From the IMG/VR virus record IMGVR_UViG_3300009500_000011, positions 104,585 to 168,584 of that record: 64,000 nt of DNA; one strand, written 5' to 3'. The stretch comes from a virus (taxonomy: Duplodnaviria > Heunggongvirae > Uroviricota > Caudoviricetes). Shown here piece after piece: positions 62,663-64,000 of the stretch. Position numbers and translations under genes: made by a program. The notes beneath the pieces are model-generated. The model did not search any database, was not told the origin of the DNA, and worked only from the letters and a program-made list of their open reading frames with translations. Each line of letters begins with the position of its first letter. The stretch's first letter is position 1.

Positions 62663-62863
62663 ATGGAACATAATGATATAGACCAAAAAACAGTTCATGC
62701 TCTTGTATATAAATTTGCAAATGATTTAAATGCATTATTTGGCTGTGAAACAACTTTTAAAATTTCTAAAATGCCCCATGCAAAATATGGAATGGCTATG
62801 GAAATAAAGGTTCATCCACATTATCCAGTTAATGAAATAAACATTGATTTAACAATAAATTAA
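62663..62863 (+). CDS. hypothetical protein
   Basis: ORF track. Confidence 0.45.
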   Translation: MEHNDIDQKTVHALVYKFANDLNALFGCETTFKISKMPHAKYGMAMEIKVHPHYPVNEINIDLTIN

Positions 62864-62868
62864 AATAT

Positions 62869-62944
62869 GGCTCTATCGTATAGCGGTTTATTATAGGGGT
62901 TTCATAAGCCTTTGACGAAAGTTCGACTCTTTCTAGAGCCTCCA
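62869..62944 (+). tRNA. tRNA with anticodon CAT (Met or lysidine-Ile), weak G-U-rich anticodon stem, CCA encoded
   Basis: perfect acceptor ggctcta/tagagcc; loop ttCATaa; T-arm gaaagttcgactctttc. Confidence 0.55.
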
Positions 62945-62969
62945 AAATTCTTACTTTTAAGGAAATCCT

Positions 62970-63194
62970 GTGCAAGTAAACAAGAACGGTATTCCCATTG
63001 CCGGTTTTCGGGTTAAAAATATACCTGCTAGTTGCAGGAATAAAAGCCGTCAAACTGGCATGAAGAAAAGTTTTCAAACTCAAGCCAGCGCACAAAAATG
63101 GCTTGATAAAAAATTTCATGTAGATTTTATAGGAATGGAGCCTTATCCTTGTAGCATACATGGTTGGCATGTAGGCCATTCTATACGTAATTGA
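62970..63194 (+). CDS. hypothetical small basic protein, GTG start
   Basis: RBS AAGGAaatcctGTG. Confidence 0.4.
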   Translation: MQVNKNGIPIAGFRVKNIPASCRNKSRQTGMKKSFQTQASAQKWLDKKFHVDFIGMEPYPCSIHGWHVGHSIRN

Positions 63195-63219
63195 TTTTTC
63201 TTGTGCATTCTGGTACAAT
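63191..63219 (+). promoter_or_regulatory. sigma70 promoter TTGATT-17-TACAAT driving leaderless ybiA-like mRNA
   Basis: ttgatt tttcttgtgcattctgg tacaat; ATG 63226 is 7 nt after -10. Confidence 0.5.
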
Positions 63220-63225
63220 TTGTGT

Positions 63226-63738
63226 ATGAAAATTACTGATAAATACGTTTTGTTTTTTGGGCCAGAAGATTGTCCTTCCCAATGGTATCCTGTAAAGTTC
63301 AAAACTAGATTATTCGATTTTGAAAATTTAGAATTTAATTGTAGTGAACAATTCATGATGGCTGCAAAAGCATTATTCTTTGATGACAAAGAATCATTTG
63401 TTAAAATCATGAATACGTCTAGCCCCAATCAACAAAAATCTTTAGGTCGAAATGTTCAAGGTTTTGATAAAGATAAATGGAATGCTGTTTGCCGACCTTT
63501 AGTGACAGTTGGCAATATGGCTAAATTTACTCAAAATGATGATTTAAAGCAGTTTATGTTAGACAATGAGGGGAAAATTTTTGTTGAGGCTTCTCCTTAT
63601 GACGATATTTGGGGTGTTAAACTTGGGGCCAACGACCCTAGAATTTTAGACCCTTCTAAATGGAGAGGGACTAATTGGCTTGGAGAAATTTTGACTAGAA
63701 TTAATATTATAATTTGCAAAAAGGAGAAGTCAAAATGA
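63226..63738 (+). CDS. YbiA-like N-glycosidase (DUF1768 family)
   Basis: FFGPED...SEQFMMAAKALFFDD...PYDDIWGVKLG...WRGTNWLGEIL family hallmarks. Confidence 0.7.
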   Translation: MKITDKYVLFFGPEDCPSQWYPVKFKTRLFDFENLEFNCSEQFMMAAKALFFDDKESFVKIMNTSSPNQQKSLGRNVQGFDKDKWNAVCRPLVTVGNMAKFTQNDDLKQFMLDNEGKIFVEASPYDDIWGVKLGANDPRILDPSKWRGTNWLGEILTRINIIICKKEKSK

Positions 63739-64000
63739 GTATTTGGGAACCTTTCACGGAAAGAGCTAGACGTTCAATTGTTTTAGCCCAAGAAGAATCT
63801 CAACGTCTTGGTAGGGATTATATTGGAACCGAACATATTTTGCTTGGTATAATTTCTGAAAATGCATCTTTTGCAGCAGAAACATTAATCAATGAAGGTT
63901 TAAATCTTCAATCTGTGAGAGGAGAAGTTGAAGCAATTGTAGGTAGAGGTCAAAGAGCAAACAACAATGAAATGGTGTTTACTCCTCGTTCTAAAAAAGT
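63735..64000 (+). CDS. Clp ATPase N-terminal domain protein (ClpC/ClpB-like), 5' part only; continues beyond window
   Basis: RBS AAAAGGAGAAGTCAAAATG; ERARRSIVLAQEESQRLGRDYIGTEHILLGII is the Clp_N repeat. Confidence 0.7.
   Translation, partial: MSIWEPFTERARRSIVLAQEESQRLGRDYIGTEHILLGIISENASFAAETLINEGLNLQSVRGEVEAIVGRGQRANNNEMVFTPRSKK

Noticed and set aside
62463-63428. Track ORFs 62463..62657(-) and 62829..63428(-)
   Set aside because: Overlap tRNA-Ala/tRNA-Met and + strand genes with promoters; low-complexity translation; spurious
1-64000. CRISPR array, integrase/attachment site, rRNA, transposase
   Set aside because: No spacer-repeat periodicity, no tyrosine/serine recombinase motifs, no rRNA-like conserved segments seen; the element looks like a virulent phage rather than a prophage or island

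Overview
This window looks like a gene-dense, AT-rich genome of a large virulent phage of a low-GC (Firmicutes-like) host. Almost all genes are on the + strand, with Shine-Dalgarno AGGAGG-type RBS and near-consensus sigma70 promoters of a recurring TTGACAAAAC-17-TATACT type. Features with a strong sequence basis are: (i) a replication and nucleotide-metabolism block: DnaG-like primase, single-chain NxCxE ribonucleotide reductase, AAA+ ATPase, dNMP kinase, dCMP deaminase, PPP and metallophosphoesterases; (ii) an RNA-repair set: Rnl1-like RNA ligase, Thg1-like protein, PhoH, a split Pnkp-like kinase/phosphoesterase pair, and a Pol-beta nucleotidyltransferase; (iii) about 30 tRNA genes in several clusters, several with non-canonical bodies, anticodons or loops, plus three HNH homing-endonuclease paralogs; (iv) a Ro60 (Rsr) ortholog preceded by a ~600-nt promoter/terminator-bounded non-coding locus carrying three copies of a conserved motif and a T-arm mimic (Y-RNA-like), with a fourth motif copy fused to a tRNA-like element inside the main tRNA array; (v) a ~625-nt ORF-free, hairpin-dense transcript unit (52.4-53.1 kb) that is a candidate ROOL/GOLLD-like large ornate RNA; (vi) a structural block with a 1191-aa tail-fibre-like protein of four internal domain repeats and an 1111-aa protein built from ~50 tandem ~21-aa repeats; (vii) accessory genes: NfeD-SPFH/flotillin pair, HicA-like toxin plus RHH protein, translation factor IF-1, AdoMet decarboxylase, papain-like peptidase, macro domain, vWA, BCS1-like AAA, YbiA, DUF4326, and a ClpC-like N-terminus at the right edge. 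No CRISPR array, integrase or rRNA was seen. All coordinates and tRNA anticodons were read by eye and need tool confirmation.
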